The notes beneath the pieces were generated by a model. It was not told the DNA's origin and ran no database searches. It worked only from the letters and a program-made list of their open reading frames with translations. Shown here piece after piece: positions 24,176 through 33,906 of a stretch of DNA of 55,858 nucleotides (positions are counted from its first letter, which is position 1; each line of letters starts with the position of its first letter). The DNA is from a virus. Its lineage: Duplodnaviria; Heunggongvirae; Uroviricota; Caudoviricetes. The position numbers and the translations under genes were made by a program. Location: IMG/VR virus record IMGVR_UViG_3300027601_000004, one strand, 5' to 3'.

Positions 24176-25608
24176 TGTTCTTCGAGAAGTATAAAGAATT
24201 TGTTGATGCCGATCCAAGAAAAGATCGTTCCATGGTTCAGGTTAATTATGAAACTATGACTAAACGATGTGAGGTGAGTTTACCTAAATGGTTAATCGAA
24301 GGTAAAACCATTTTAGATCTTGGTAGTTGTTATGGTGCATATGGTCAATGGGCATTAATGAATGGTGCTAAAAATTACACTGGTGTTGAATTACAAAAAG
24401 AGTTCGCACGTTCATCTAGTCAGATGTTATCGAAATATCATACAAATTTTTCTATAATTGAAAAGGATGCTTTACAATTTTTAAGAGACGCATCTTATTT
24501 GAATGACAAATACGATATAATTATAGCTGCAGGAGTGATTCATGGATTCACTGATGTAATTGAACTTATTAGACATATGAGTCTTGTAGCAAATGAATAT
24601 ATCATTATTGAATCTATGGAAGTAGAAGAACCAGTATACCCAAGAATTGAGTTTAAGCCATACAGAATGGTTGTTCCAAAAGAAACACCAGAAAGTAATT
24701 ACAGATATTCTGAAGGATTTACTGCTATTGCTGGATTTAAAGCAGTATCATTTATCTTACATGAAAATGGATTCGTTAACGATGGTGGTAAACTTGAACC
24801 AGAAAAAATAAATTCAAGTTTAGATGCATACAATACACCGATTTATGATTATAAAACTGATAGCTCCAAAGATGCGTCCACGATTACAGTTGAGAGATAC
24901 ATCGGTAGATTTAAAAAACAGGAAACTAAAAAAGTTTCTTTACAATCCAATACCACATCCTCACAGTTTAAAGAACTTCCTGGAACACCCCAGTGGTCTT
25001 TTGATGATTCTGTAGCAAAACGATTCCAGCAAGAAGCAATGACCAATATACCAGATTACGAGAGAGTTCTTGGTATGTGTCTTGGAGTCGCCAACAAAAA
25101 GTTTGATAAAAACATCTCTATTATTGATGTGGGTTCTGCTCTGGGGCACACTATGGATATTTTTGTAAAAGACGGATTCAAAAATATATCTGGTGTTGAT
25201 AACTCAGCAGAAATGATTACAAACAGTTTATACAAACATAAAGTAGTTATGTCAAGTAAGCTGCCAAAAGGAAATTATGATATGGTGTTGGCAAACTGGA
25301 CATTACATTTTGTCGATGAGCGTAAACAATACATTCAAGATATATACGATAATATGAAACACAATGGTGTGTTTATTTTATCAGACAAGACACCGCAGGA
25401 TCAAATTATTAAAGAAATGTATTATGACTTCAAACGCAACAATGGTGTGACCAACGAATACATATATGGGAAAGAAGAAAAATTAAAAGGATATATGAAT
25501 TTGATGCCAGTTGAATGGTATATGCAAACTCTTAAAGATATAGGATTCAAGTCAATTCAAATAATTAATAGTAGATTTAGTTTTGTTACATTTTATTGCG
25601 AGAAATAA
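24172..25608 (+). CDS. two-domain class I SAM methyltransferase (CmoB-like N-domain, CmoA-like C-domain)
   Basis: ILDLGSCYG and IIDVGSALG motif I twice; WSFDDSVA..F, NWTLHFV, LSDK as in CmoA family. Confidence 0.8.
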   Translation: MMFFEKYKEFVDADPRKDRSMVQVNYETMTKRCEVSLPKWLIEGKTILDLGSCYGAYGQWALMNGAKNYTGVELQKEFARSSSQMLSKYHTNFSIIEKDALQFLRDASYLNDKYDIIIAAGVIHGFTDVIELIRHMSLVANEYIIIESMEVEEPVYPRIEFKPYRMVVPKETPESNYRYSEGFTAIAGFKAVSFILHENGFVNDGGKLEPEKINSSLDAYNTPIYDYKTDSSKDASTITVERYIGRFKKQETKKVSLQSNTTSSQFKELPGTPQWSFDDSVAKRFQQEAMTNIPDYERVLGMCLGVANKKFDKNISIIDVGSALGHTMDIFVKDGFKNISGVDNSAEMITNSLYKHKVVMSSKLPKGNYDMVLANWTLHFVDERKQYIQDIYDNMKHNGVFILSDKTPQDQIIKEMYYDFKRNNGVTNEYIYGKEEKLKGYMNLMPVEWYMQTLKDIGFKSIQIINSRFSFVTFYCEK

Positions 25609-26120
25609 TGGAAGATCTTTATTACTGTTTCGAAAATTATCCCACATTATCGTCAGCTTTGTTCGCAGATGCTTTATATGCTACCTACAAAGAACATTTT
25701 CATCCACATGATTTTCGTGGAACTAAGTGTTCGTTTAACGATAGCAAGTTTATGCAAATACTCAAGCAAAACATAGGAGAAGTTACTGCTCTCTGGATTA
25801 AGAATCCACCAAACACATTCTATAATTGGCATATCGACAAAGACATTAGGAAATGCTCCATTAACTTTGTAATCAAACAAGGTGATAATGCAGTTGCATT
25901 ATACAGAAAACCAATGTATGATGTTAAAGAAATCATATATTATAAGACACATACAGTTAAATACATCATCGGTAAACCTACAATTTTAAATGTTAAGAAA
26001 GAACATTGCGTAGTCAATCCATGTAATGAAGAAAGAATTATATTAAGTTTGTGTGTTAGAGAATCTTCCTACGAGGATACTTTAAGTTTTATGAAAACCC
26101 TAAACATAACTGAATACTAA
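25608..26120 (+). CDS. cupin/2OG-Fe(II) oxygenase-like protein
   Basis: WHID...SINF...ILNV...H.V.N...RIILS. Confidence 0.6.
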   Translation: MEDLYYCFENYPTLSSALFADALYATYKEHFHPHDFRGTKCSFNDSKFMQILKQNIGEVTALWIKNPPNTFYNWHIDKDIRKCSINFVIKQGDNAVALYRKPMYDVKEIIYYKTHTVKYIIGKPTILNVKKEHCVVNPCNEERIILSLCVRESSYEDTLSFMKTLNITEY

Positions 26121-26121
26121 T

Positions 26122-26382
26122 ATGTGGTTTGAAAATCATTTAAAAGAAGCAGCCAAATATTCCAGAACAACGACAGGATTGTTGTTCTATTTTAAACACA
26201 TGTTCTGGGCATTGCACATGGCACTGGTGTTTATTATTTGGGCATTGGCAATGTTATTGCATGCATTTATACCACAGTTGTTTGGGTTTATCGTGCTGCA
26301 AAAGGTAGTTGATTTTATCAAGAGAATGAAGGAAGAACATCCAGACGATCCAATCTTGAATAAGATTAAATTCGATGAGTAG
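26122..26382 (+). CDS. small membrane protein (DUF6356-like)
   Basis: HL..A...Y..HM..AL...HAFIP pattern. Confidence 0.55.
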   Translation: MWFENHLKEAAKYSRTTTGLLFYFKHMFWALHMALVFIIWALAMLLHAFIPQLFGFIVLQKVVDFIKRMKEEHPDDPILNKIKFDE

Positions 26383-27079
26383 ATATGATATAAGCAGAGT
26401 TGGTTTACCAATTACCAACGCAACTGTAACGCAAGAGTTTCGTGATATAGTAACCAGTCTGAAGCAGAACAAAAATTGGATCGGCATTATGGTTAGTAAT
26501 GACGAAAAGAATGCACCTGCAGGATATAAGATAATACATAATATGGGTGTTGATTATACAGTTCTTAATATATGGGATTCAGATAGAGATCCTGCCAAAG
26601 CAACCATAAACTTATTGAGCCAGTTAAAGAAACTGCACTCTGAATTATTGTTTGAACGTGCAGTGTTATTTACTCCTGGCAGTCCATATTTGGATGATGC
26701 AATAAGTAAAGTGTTATTATCTGCTTATGATGATATTGAAGTTATTGACACCAAAGGTGCACCACAAATAGCAGCTGAACTTATTGGCGAGATGACTGGT
26801 TTGCAGACAGAAATTAGAAATTATTATGACGACTTCGTTCTCATGCATAACCAAAGTATAGATAGAAATAAGGTCACCATATTCTCGTGTCTACAAAATA
26901 TATACAATGTAAGTTTATGTGATGTTGTGAGCCAATTAAAACCAGACAGAGTTATAGCAGTGAACGTGGGAGAAAGTATTATTGCAAAAGAATACACTTA
27001 CTATGGTATTATGGAATCTTGCAATGAACTTGCAAAATCTGAAACCAGCTATACGTTTGGTTTTGTATTTGACAAATAA
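26375..27079 (+). CDS. hypothetical protein
   Basis: 234 aa ORF coupled to upstream gene. Confidence 0.65.
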   Translation: MSRYDISRVGLPITNATVTQEFRDIVTSLKQNKNWIGIMVSNDEKNAPAGYKIIHNMGVDYTVLNIWDSDRDPAKATINLLSQLKKLHSELLFERAVLFTPGSPYLDDAISKVLLSAYDDIEVIDTKGAPQIAAELIGEMTGLQTEIRNYYDDFVLMHNQSIDRNKVTIFSCLQNIYNVSLCDVVSQLKPDRVIAVNVGESIIAKEYTYYGIMESCNELAKSETSYTFGFVFDK

Positions 27080-27097
27080 ACGAGGTTGTAGTATAAT
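27069..27097 (+). promoter_or_regulatory. sigma70-type early promoter
   Basis: TTGACA-N17-TATAAT. Confidence 0.85.
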
Positions 27098-27116
27098 TGT
27101 TACAGGAGATTAAAAT

Positions 27117-27302
27117 ATGAGTACATTTAAAGAGCAGTGGGAAGCAAAGAAATTGCTTAAGAAAGCCAAAAAGAAAGCACGTAATAATGCTATGAAGGAA
27201 TATGGCATGAGTAAGAAAGAAGCCAGCAGTGCAGTCAAGAAAGCAGTTGGACGTATTGCTTCAAATAAACCAGTTACACGAGCAGCAGGGAGAGGTGGTT
27301 GA
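27117..27302 (+). CDS. small basic hypothetical protein
   Basis: SD AGGAG, Lys/Ala-rich. Confidence 0.7.
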   Translation: MSTFKEQWEAKKLLKKAKKKARNNAMKEYGMSKKEASSAVKKAVGRIASNKPVTRAAGRGG

Positions 27303-28183
27303 TGAAGTTAGCCAGTTTAATTATCGGTGCGTTGTTTAGTCTGAACGTATACGCACAAGAGACAGTTAGAATTTACTCACCATACAGTCCATCGCATTCT
27401 GGAACTCCAGGAATGCTACGTATCGTGGATGAAGCCAACAAGTCACAGAACATTTACAAGTTTATCCTTGAATTCAAACCTGGAGGTAATCAGGTTATTG
27501 CACTGAAATCCATGGACGAGAACAGTCTGGCTATTATTGCACCAGCATTCGTTGAGAACGTAAACAAAGGTGCAGTAAAGGAAGAAGATTATATCCCTAT
27601 CCACGCACAGGGCGATGCATGTTGGGTAGTGATTACCAATGGACCAGTCAAAGGTATCAAAGAGATGACTATTGGTGGTGTAGGTTTCGGTAATGCAGCA
27701 CACCTGACTGGACTGGCAATGGGCGAGAAATATAAGTTTCCAGTTCGCTATATCGTTTTCAAGTCCAACAACGATGCATTGATTAACATGGCTGGAAATA
27801 ATGGTGTGACCATGGTCGTGGATCGCTATGAAGCGTATGAGTCCATGAAGACCAAGAATCCAAAACTGGAAGCATTTGCAGCATCCTGCCCATCCAGACT
27901 GCCACAAGCACCCAAGCTGAAGACACTAGGAGAAAACGGAATTAAAGCACCATACGTATTCAATATTACTGTGGCTCACAAAGACATGAACCCTGCCAAG
28001 CGTAAAGTTATCTCAATTATTCTGAACGATGCTCAGAATAAGATTGGAGCGGATGAACTCTTTAAGTTGTCAGGTATGAAAGTCCCAACTGAATCAGCAG
28101 AAGAGTTTTACAAAGCATCTGTCAGCGTGGTACGTATACAACAAAACAGATATCGCAAAGAAATCGAGGAAGCCAGTAAATGA
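27299..28183 (+). CDS. Bug/TctC-like periplasmic substrate-binding protein
   Basis: signal peptide; EFKPGGNQVIA, G..HL.G, IVFK...AL..M.G, LA..C.SRLP..P..KTLGE.GI match the tripartite tricarboxylate receptor pattern. Confidence 0.7.
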   Translation: MMKLASLIIGALFSLNVYAQETVRIYSPYSPSHSGTPGMLRIVDEANKSQNIYKFILEFKPGGNQVIALKSMDENSLAIIAPAFVENVNKGAVKEEDYIPIHAQGDACWVVITNGPVKGIKEMTIGGVGFGNAAHLTGLAMGEKYKFPVRYIVFKSNNDALINMAGNNGVTMVVDRYEAYESMKTKNPKLEAFAASCPSRLPQAPKLKTLGENGIKAPYVFNITVAHKDMNPAKRKVISIILNDAQNKIGADELFKLSGMKVPTESAEEFYKASVSVVRIQQNRYRKEIEEASK

Positions 28184-28345
28184 AACCTTTTCCAACTGAC
28201 GGAATGGATCGATGCAAAGTCTGCGGACGATACTACCAGTCAGATTGCGACTGGAGACAGGGTAGATGTCCGCACCATCCACCCCATTGGTCTCGATTCT
28301 ATAATTTACTACAAGCCATAAATAATTTTTTTAGGAGAAAATGAA

Positions 28346-28528
28346 ATGTCAATCGGAAACCCAACATTCAACGAAGGCGACAAAGTCACCATCAAAGGTA
28401 TCAAAGCAACAGTGAAGACACAGGTAATGGAATATCAAGGTAACGAAGCAGTCTGGGGACAAGTCTACGCCATCGATGAAAATGGTGGTTTGATTATTGC
28501 AAATCCAACTGATGTTATGACTGAGTAA
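28346..28528 (+). CDS. hypothetical protein (SH3/KOW-like)
   Basis: SD AGGAG; FNEGDKVTIKG. Confidence 0.65.
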   Translation: MSIGNPTFNEGDKVTIKGIKATVKTQVMEYQGNEAVWGQVYAIDENGGLIIANPTDVMTE

Positions 28529-28642
28529 TGAAAACCCTACAGCAACAAGAAACCGAAGCCATCCTAGCGATGGCTCAACGCATTAAAGAGTTGGAACAAT
28601 TATTGGCACAAGCCAATGAACGAGTGAGACAGCTAGAATCCA

Positions 28643-28828
28643 ATGTCTATGGCGGATCTACTCAATAATCCACCTCCACTCTGCAAACATAAAGGATGCG
28701 ATCGGTTTGCACAAGCATTTGGAGCCAAAGGTAAGACAGGTAAGCCAATCTATCTGAAAACGTGTAGGAAACATTTGAACGAAAGGATGTATTATGTGGA
28801 AAGTAAAGTACGTGCCAGACACCAATGA
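28643..28828 (+). CDS. small Cys/His hypothetical protein
   Basis: CKHKGC...CRKH possible Zn site. Confidence 0.55.
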   Translation: MSMADLLNNPPPLCKHKGCDRFAQAFGAKGKTGKPIYLKTCRKHLNERMYYVESKVRARHQ

Positions 28829-28924
28829 ACGACACACTGTAGCTCTGGTTAAGTTATTCAAAGACGAAGCAACTGCAACAAAGTTCGCCAACGACCTTGG
28901 TAAACGACTAATTTCAATCACTCC

Positions 28925-29143
28925 ATGCTGACCAATATCATTGCAGAGGTCGGTTCATTATGGTCATGGATCACTGGTGTAATCGCTGGACTGGGTGTTA
29001 CAGCCACTGTTCTTATCCTTGGTTTCGTCATGGTCTATATCAAACTCAAGCGTATTCATGACAGACTACAAATGATACACAATCAATCTATATCAGAGAC
29101 CAGAGATTTATCCCTGAGAATCAACAAACTGGAGCAAAAATGA
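28925..29143 (+). CDS. small membrane protein
   Basis: one TM helix then coiled coil. Confidence 0.6.
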   Translation: MLTNIIAEVGSLWSWITGVIAGLGVTATVLILGFVMVYIKLKRIHDRLQMIHNQSISETRDLSLRINKLEQK

Positions 29144-29334
29144 TCGCACTGACAGCACTTATGGTTGCACTGCTGGGTTATCAAGTATCCATGCCAGCAG
29201 TGGACAACGCAAAGTTTTCCTATACAATCCACGAGAATAAGGTTTATCGTTTCAATACACAAAATGGTAGCATGGAACGCTGTGAACTCACGGATCATCT
29301 GACCTGCACAAAGATCGAAAACAAATCCAACTAA
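29140..29334 (+). CDS. small exported protein
   Basis: N-terminal hydrophobic signal, ATGA overlap. Confidence 0.6.
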   Translation: MIALTALMVALLGYQVSMPAVDNAKFSYTIHENKVYRFNTQNGSMERCELTDHLTCTKIENKSN

Positions 29335-29351
29335 GCGAAGCGAGGTGAATC

Positions 29352-29630
29352 ATGGACGAAGAATCCAAAATCAAACATTCCAAGCGACTCCAACAAAAAG
29401 AAAATCATATTCGAAAAGAAACTCGAATAGCCAAACAAAACCACGTACCAGTGGACGATCCCCATAGACTTGCAAAGAAATCACCAATGAACTGTGGTAA
29501 TCCAAAGTGCCACATGTGTGCCAATCCAAGAAAAACCTTTAAAGAACTCACTATTCAAGAACAGAAATTATTCCAAAATATCGATGAACAGAGAGACAGA
29601 CACTCAAATGGAACACAAAGAACAGATTAA
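29352..29630 (+). CDS. conserved phage hypothetical protein
   Basis: CGNPKCHMCANPRK motif, SD GAGGTG. Confidence 0.7.
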   Translation: MDEESKIKHSKRLQQKENHIRKETRIAKQNHVPVDDPHRLAKKSPMNCGNPKCHMCANPRKTFKELTIQEQKLFQNIDEQRDRHSNGTQRTD

Positions 29631-29880
29631 TATTCTACGTAAAGAATGGTATCGCCTCAATGCATTATCAACTGAAGGAATGAGCCCACGAGATCTGGGT
29701 TTCCACGTTGGTGTAAAGTCAGGTATTATGAAGTCAATTGCACTGCTCAATCTCCATGCTGGCGCACAACAAAACACGGAAGAAACCATTCAATATTCAT
29801 TATCCACTCATGAGAAGCAACAAGAGTTTGCAAAGAAACGAAACTACGACTGGGATAGCTGGAAGCCAAATGAATTATGA
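29608..29880 (+). CDS. hypothetical protein
   Basis: ATG at 29608 in frame with track ORF 29494-29880. Confidence 0.55.
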   Translation: MEHKEQINILRKEWYRLNALSTEGMSPRDLGFHVGVKSGIMKSIALLNLHAGAQQNTEETIQYSLSTHEKQQEFAKKRNYDWDSWKPNEL

Positions 29881-30049
29881 TATACTATTCTCTAAGCGAA
29901 GCGAGGTTTGCCCATGACTGACGAAGAAGTAACCAATTATTACAATAAACTCCAAGAACACTACGGAGATAAGCTGGCTAACCCAGAGCAAGAACCAAGA
30001 AGATTCGAGTGGCAAGTAAGAATATATCGATATTACCAAGAGAGAAACA

Positions 30050-30271
30050 ATGCAACATATAACCCTACATCATAGAGAACTGAAAGAACTACTGGAACTG
30101 GTGGAAACACTGAACCCACCCGATACTCTATTACTTGCAAGTGGTACAGTTACAATTACCATGGATAACTCAAGTGGTATCGGTTCAATACTTAAAGCAA
30201 CTTTCCCTGTAAAGCAAGCAGATCGCTGGGGAGAGTGGACTACCAATATAACTGATGAAAGCCATTGGTAA
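30050..30271 (+). CDS. hypothetical protein
   Basis: 73 aa ORF in packed gene run. Confidence 0.6.
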   Translation: MQHITLHHRELKELLELVETLNPPDTLLLASGTVTITMDNSSGIGSILKATFPVKQADRWGEWTTNITDESHW

Positions 30272-30469
30272 TGAAAGCCATTAAATCTTATCTATCCTTG
30301 CAATGGAAATGTAATCTATTCAGAGACAGCGTATCAGGTAAAATGGTATCGCTCTATGTGGATTGCTACGGAGATGAATACATGAAGGAATCTCGCTGGG
30401 GATTATTTAAGGTGAGGAGAAAATGAAAAAGAGTAAAAGTGAGGATTGTGTTCTACTACCGCAATTATT

Positions 30470-30808
30470 ATGACTTATCGCCAAAAGACCTGCCCATACT
30501 GTTCTACTCAGCATAAAAAGCGTGGACCGTACTGCTCAAAGTCCTGCTCTAATCGTGGTCGTACTATTACCGAGACACAGAAAGCCAATATGTCTCATGC
30601 TCAAGCAAAATCACATGCCAATCGAGAGAAAACCCCTGGAGAATGGGAAGTACTTACTCGAAATCAACTGGCTGCACGTAATAAAACCCTACCCAAACAC
30701 GAAGAATTACTCACTGATCCCAATGATATCTACCTTGAACCCATGAAACCTGCTCTCCCTGTGAATCAGTTCGTGGCTTCAGGCGACCTTTGGACCGAAA
30801 AAGACTGA
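30470..30808 (+). CDS. Zn-finger / NUMOD3-like hypothetical protein
   Basis: CPYC...YCSKSCSN and TETQKANMSHAQ. Confidence 0.55.
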   Translation: MTYRQKTCPYCSTQHKKRGPYCSKSCSNRGRTITETQKANMSHAQAKSHANREKTPGEWEVLTRNQLAARNKTLPKHEELLTDPNDIYLEPMKPALPVNQFVASGDLWTEKD

Positions 30809-31006
30809 TTGCAAGACTTTTTGTGAAATAAATTTGATTTTTATTTGACTTTAGGGTAAACTTACGGTGTTAGGGTTGATAAAAAGAGTAGAAATCCTGA
30901 TTTTGAGATGTTTTTAGACCAGAAAAGCGATAACCCTGTAGTCTGTAGGGTTATTTTCGAGTCTAAGTCGTTGATTTTAAACGAGTTTTTGCTGTGAAAA
31001 AAGTCC

Positions 31007-31035
31007 TTTACAACAATTCAGATCTGCCGTATAAT
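31007..31035 (+). promoter_or_regulatory. sigma70-type early promoter
   Basis: TTTACA-N17-TATAAT, inverted repeat at 30930-30954. Confidence 0.85.
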
Positions 31036-31065
31036 AGTCTTATGATGAAATGTGAAAGGAACTCT

Positions 31066-31998
31066 GTGAATACTCTAAAAATCTCCATTAAGACCCTCCG
31101 TGATGGTAAATCTATCATTATGCTCGGTGATAAGAAAGTCACCACTGGCAAAACTGGTCGTGGTCTTGAGGAAGTTGTCGAGTTTCACTACAAGAAAATC
31201 ACTGGTGTGAAAGCTCCTTTCAATCTTATCGTTGGTAGCACTCCTATCGAAGAGTCCAAGTCTACCAAATTTGACATCAATCAGCGTTTCTCGTTTGTTG
31301 AGAAGTTGGTCGGTATGGTTGCTGACTCTGTTCAGCCCTCTGCCATTATCACTGGCGAAGGTGGTCTCGGTAAGACCTACACTGTGACCAAGACTCTTGA
31401 AAACAAGGGTTACAAAGACATTAGCGATCTGGCTGACTTCCAAGTGGGCTCTGTGATTAACACTCGCAAGTGCTTCACCATGGTTAAGGGTTACTCGACT
31501 CCTAAAGGTCTCTACCGTACTCTGTTCGAAAACAACAAGTCCATTATCGTGTTCGATGACTGTGACTCTGTTCTGAAAGACCCAGTTGCGTTGAACCTGT
31601 TGAAATCAGCCCTTGATTCTTACGGTAAGCGTATCATCTCCTGGAATGCCGATATGAAAGACGAAGATCTGCCACGTAGCTTCAATTTCGAAGGTCGTGT
31701 AATTTTCATCTCTAACATGGACGATGGTAAGATTGACCAAGCCATTCGTAGTCGTTCCATGATGATCGATCTGTCCATGACCACTGAGCAGAAAATCGAG
31801 CGTATGGAAACGATCGCTCTGTCTGACGAGTTTCTCCCTGAGTACGACAAGCAGATCGTTCGTGATGCGTTGGGTCTGATTCGTGAAATCAGTGCCGAGT
31901 GCAAGGAAATCAGTCTCCGTACACTGATCTCGGTTTCCAAGGTTCGTGCTTCCAACACTGACTGGAAAGATCTGGCTACTTACATGTTGACTGCTTAA
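31066..31998 (+). CDS. AAA+/P-loop ATPase
   Basis: GEGGLGKT Walker A, IIVFDDCD Walker B, VIFISN sensor; GTG start after AAAGGA SD. Confidence 0.85.
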   Translation: MNTLKISIKTLRDGKSIIMLGDKKVTTGKTGRGLEEVVEFHYKKITGVKAPFNLIVGSTPIEESKSTKFDINQRFSFVEKLVGMVADSVQPSAIITGEGGLGKTYTVTKTLENKGYKDISDLADFQVGSVINTRKCFTMVKGYSTPKGLYRTLFENNKSIIVFDDCDSVLKDPVALNLLKSALDSYGKRIISWNADMKDEDLPRSFNFEGRVIFISNMDDGKIDQAIRSRSMMIDLSMTTEQKIERMETIALSDEFLPEYDKQIVRDALGLIREISAECKEISLRTLISVSKVRASNTDWKDLATYMLTA

Positions 31999-32114
31999 TG
32001 GGGGTGGGGTACTCCACTATGACCCTACACTGTACAGGGTCTTTTGCGAAAGTGCTTTACAGAAAATTGCAATTGGAGTATACTCCCTCTGTAGTCGAAA
32101 GAAAGGACACAAAA

Positions 32115-32222
32115 ATGTTGAAATTGATCGGTCTGGTTACTGTTGTTTATTTCGCTTGGTCTTGGGGTGTGATCTCTGCAGTGGCTTACGTTGCAGCGAG
32201 CATTTTGCGTGTTCTGGTTTAA
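32115..32222 (+). CDS. very small membrane protein
   Basis: SD GAAAGGA; 35 hydrophobic residues. Confidence 0.5.
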   Translation: MLKLIGLVTVVYFAWSWGVISAVAYVAASILRVLV

Positions 32223-32293
32223 CGACTCCTCCATAGGGGGGTCTCCATAGAGGGGGGTCTCTATACACTACCCCTCTGTATAGAAAGGATATT

Positions 32294-32437
32294 ATGGCTG
32301 CAGTGAAACACTTGATACATGACATACTATACATGCTACGTATGCATGCATATGACTATGATTATGTAGCATACAAATTGAACATGAGTGTTAGTGATGT
32401 ACGTGCAATTGCAAAGGACTATAGAGATATACTATGA
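32294..32437 (+). CDS. small HTH-like hypothetical protein
   Basis: SD AAAGGA; ..VAYKLNMSVSDVRAIAK.. Confidence 0.5.
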   Translation: MAAVKHLIHDILYMLRMHAYDYDYVAYKLNMSVSDVRAIAKDYRDIL

Positions 32438-32658
32438 TTACTATTAGTGGACTGACTAAGCGACAAGTAGAGCTATTGGACACCATGTGGGATCTAAAGG
32501 ACATGGAGGACTATGAGCAGTGGAGAGATAGTCTTGATGAAGAAACTATGAATATGGTGGATACATTGGAGCAAATGGTCTTACTTGCGCAATCAGATGA
32601 AATTGCAGATTGCGATTGTGACAAAGCGTTGGCGTACTTGGATAAATTTATGCTATAG
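32434..32658 (+). CDS. hypothetical protein
   Basis: ITISGLTKRQVELLDTMW motif, ATGA overlap. Confidence 0.7.
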   Translation: MITISGLTKRQVELLDTMWDLKDMEDYEQWRDSLDEETMNMVDTLEQMVLLAQSDEIADCDCDKALAYLDKFML

Positions 32659-32761
32659 GGGGTAGGGGTAAAAATGAGTCGAAGGGATTAAAGGGACTCC
32701 TGGGTCTTTTCCCTATGCTCGGTGAAACCCCGACCCCTAATTTTAAACGAAGGGACTCCTT

Positions 32762-33196
32762 ATGGGACTAAGAGTTAGAGTAGTGAAGAAGATTGGTGGC
32801 ACTAAAATGTTATTCGGTAAGAATGGCGTCACTGGCTATAAGAGATTTGGCGATGTTGTGCTTTCTTATCATAGACCATATAAGAGTAAGGGGACTCCTG
32901 AAGAAACTTACTCTAACTATGATAGTGAGGATACGCCATGGATGACAGGGGTTTTCTGGAATATGGGGGTAATGGCTCTAGGATTCCTTGGGTTTAGTTA
33001 TCTTTCGGGATCTATTCTTGCGGGACTCCTTTCCGCTTACATAGTGTATATTGGCATTCATACCTTCATTGTTGCATCTTATTGGAACGTGAATAAAGCT
33101 GATGTTATGCTGCAGTATTTTACTCCAGTATTTGGTGCATTTGTTCTTTGGTGGGCATATTTGATTTTGTTTATTGTTGCATTATTTTTAGTTTAA
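32762..33196 (+). CDS. membrane protein
   Basis: three C-terminal TM segments. Confidence 0.55.
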   Translation: MGLRVRVVKKIGGTKMLFGKNGVTGYKRFGDVVLSYHRPYKSKGTPEETYSNYDSEDTPWMTGVFWNMGVMALGFLGFSYLSGSILAGLLSAYIVYIGIHTFIVASYWNVNKADVMLQYFTPVFGAFVLWWAYLILFIVALFLV

Positions 33197-33213
33197 GGGA
33201 CTCAGGCTATATT

Positions 33214-33477
33214 ATGAAATCTATTCGTGTATTTAAAACTGTTAATTATTGGATGGACGTACCACTGGAAGACGGACAGGATCCTGAGGAAGTAGTGGGG
33301 AATCTTAGGGACTCCGACTATACATCTTGGGACTCCGAGGAGATTGACTCTGGGTATTTCGAGGAAGAGGTAGACGACGATTATTACAATGATTCAATGG
33401 ATGGAGACCATGATTCTGCAATGGCTTCCGCTGGATTTGGAACTGACGAAGATTATGGTTATTACGGAGAAGACTAA
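33214..33477 (+). CDS. acidic hypothetical protein
   Basis: DGDHDSAMASAGFGTDEDYG motif. Confidence 0.7.
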   Translation: MKSIRVFKTVNYWMDVPLEDGQDPEEVVGNLRDSDYTSWDSEEIDSGYFEEEVDDDYYNDSMDGDHDSAMASAGFGTDEDYGYYGED

Positions 33478-33583
33478 TGTTGGATACTAATTTGCATATT
33501 GTAATTCTATACGTTTTGGGGCTAGGATTCCTTGCGGGACTCCTTGGCTGTGCACTTAATGCTTTTGTAAAGAGTATATTTAA

Positions 33584-33817
33584 ATGAATACCTTATTTGC
33601 GTTGATGATTGTAACAGGGGTAGGGGTATCAGAGGGTTATACTTTCGCTTCGCTTAAAGATTGTCAAGAAGCATCCAATAGAGTGCGGGACTCCTTTTGT
33701 GTTGCCAAGATTCCAGTTCGAGTGGATGTAGATATGGGTGTTGCAGGAACTATGTCTGTGGATCGTATGTTTGATCTATTGCAACACATGAAAACAAGAA
33801 TGGAGAAATTGCAGTAA
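33584..33817 (+). CDS. small exported hypothetical protein
   Basis: signal-like N-terminus, F.SL.DC..A....C motif. Confidence 0.6.
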   Translation: MNTLFALMIVTGVGVSEGYTFASLKDCQEASNRVRDSFCVAKIPVRVDVDMGVAGTMSVDRMFDLLQHMKTRMEKLQ

Positions 33818-33825
33818 CGATATCC

Positions 33826-33854
33826 TTTACTTTAATAAGGTTTTTCAGTAGAAT
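33826..33854 (+). promoter_or_regulatory. sigma70-type early promoter
   Basis: TTTACT-N17-TAGAAT. Confidence 0.65.
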
Positions 33855-33906
33855 TTCCTTACAGTCGATTTTGGCTGGGTTTTAGAAAGTATCAAAGGTG
33901 TGGATT

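Noticed and set aside
30254-30282. Direct repeat ATGAAAGCCATT at a gene junction
   Set aside because: Only two short copies at a stop/start boundary; probably a local duplication with no wider pattern.
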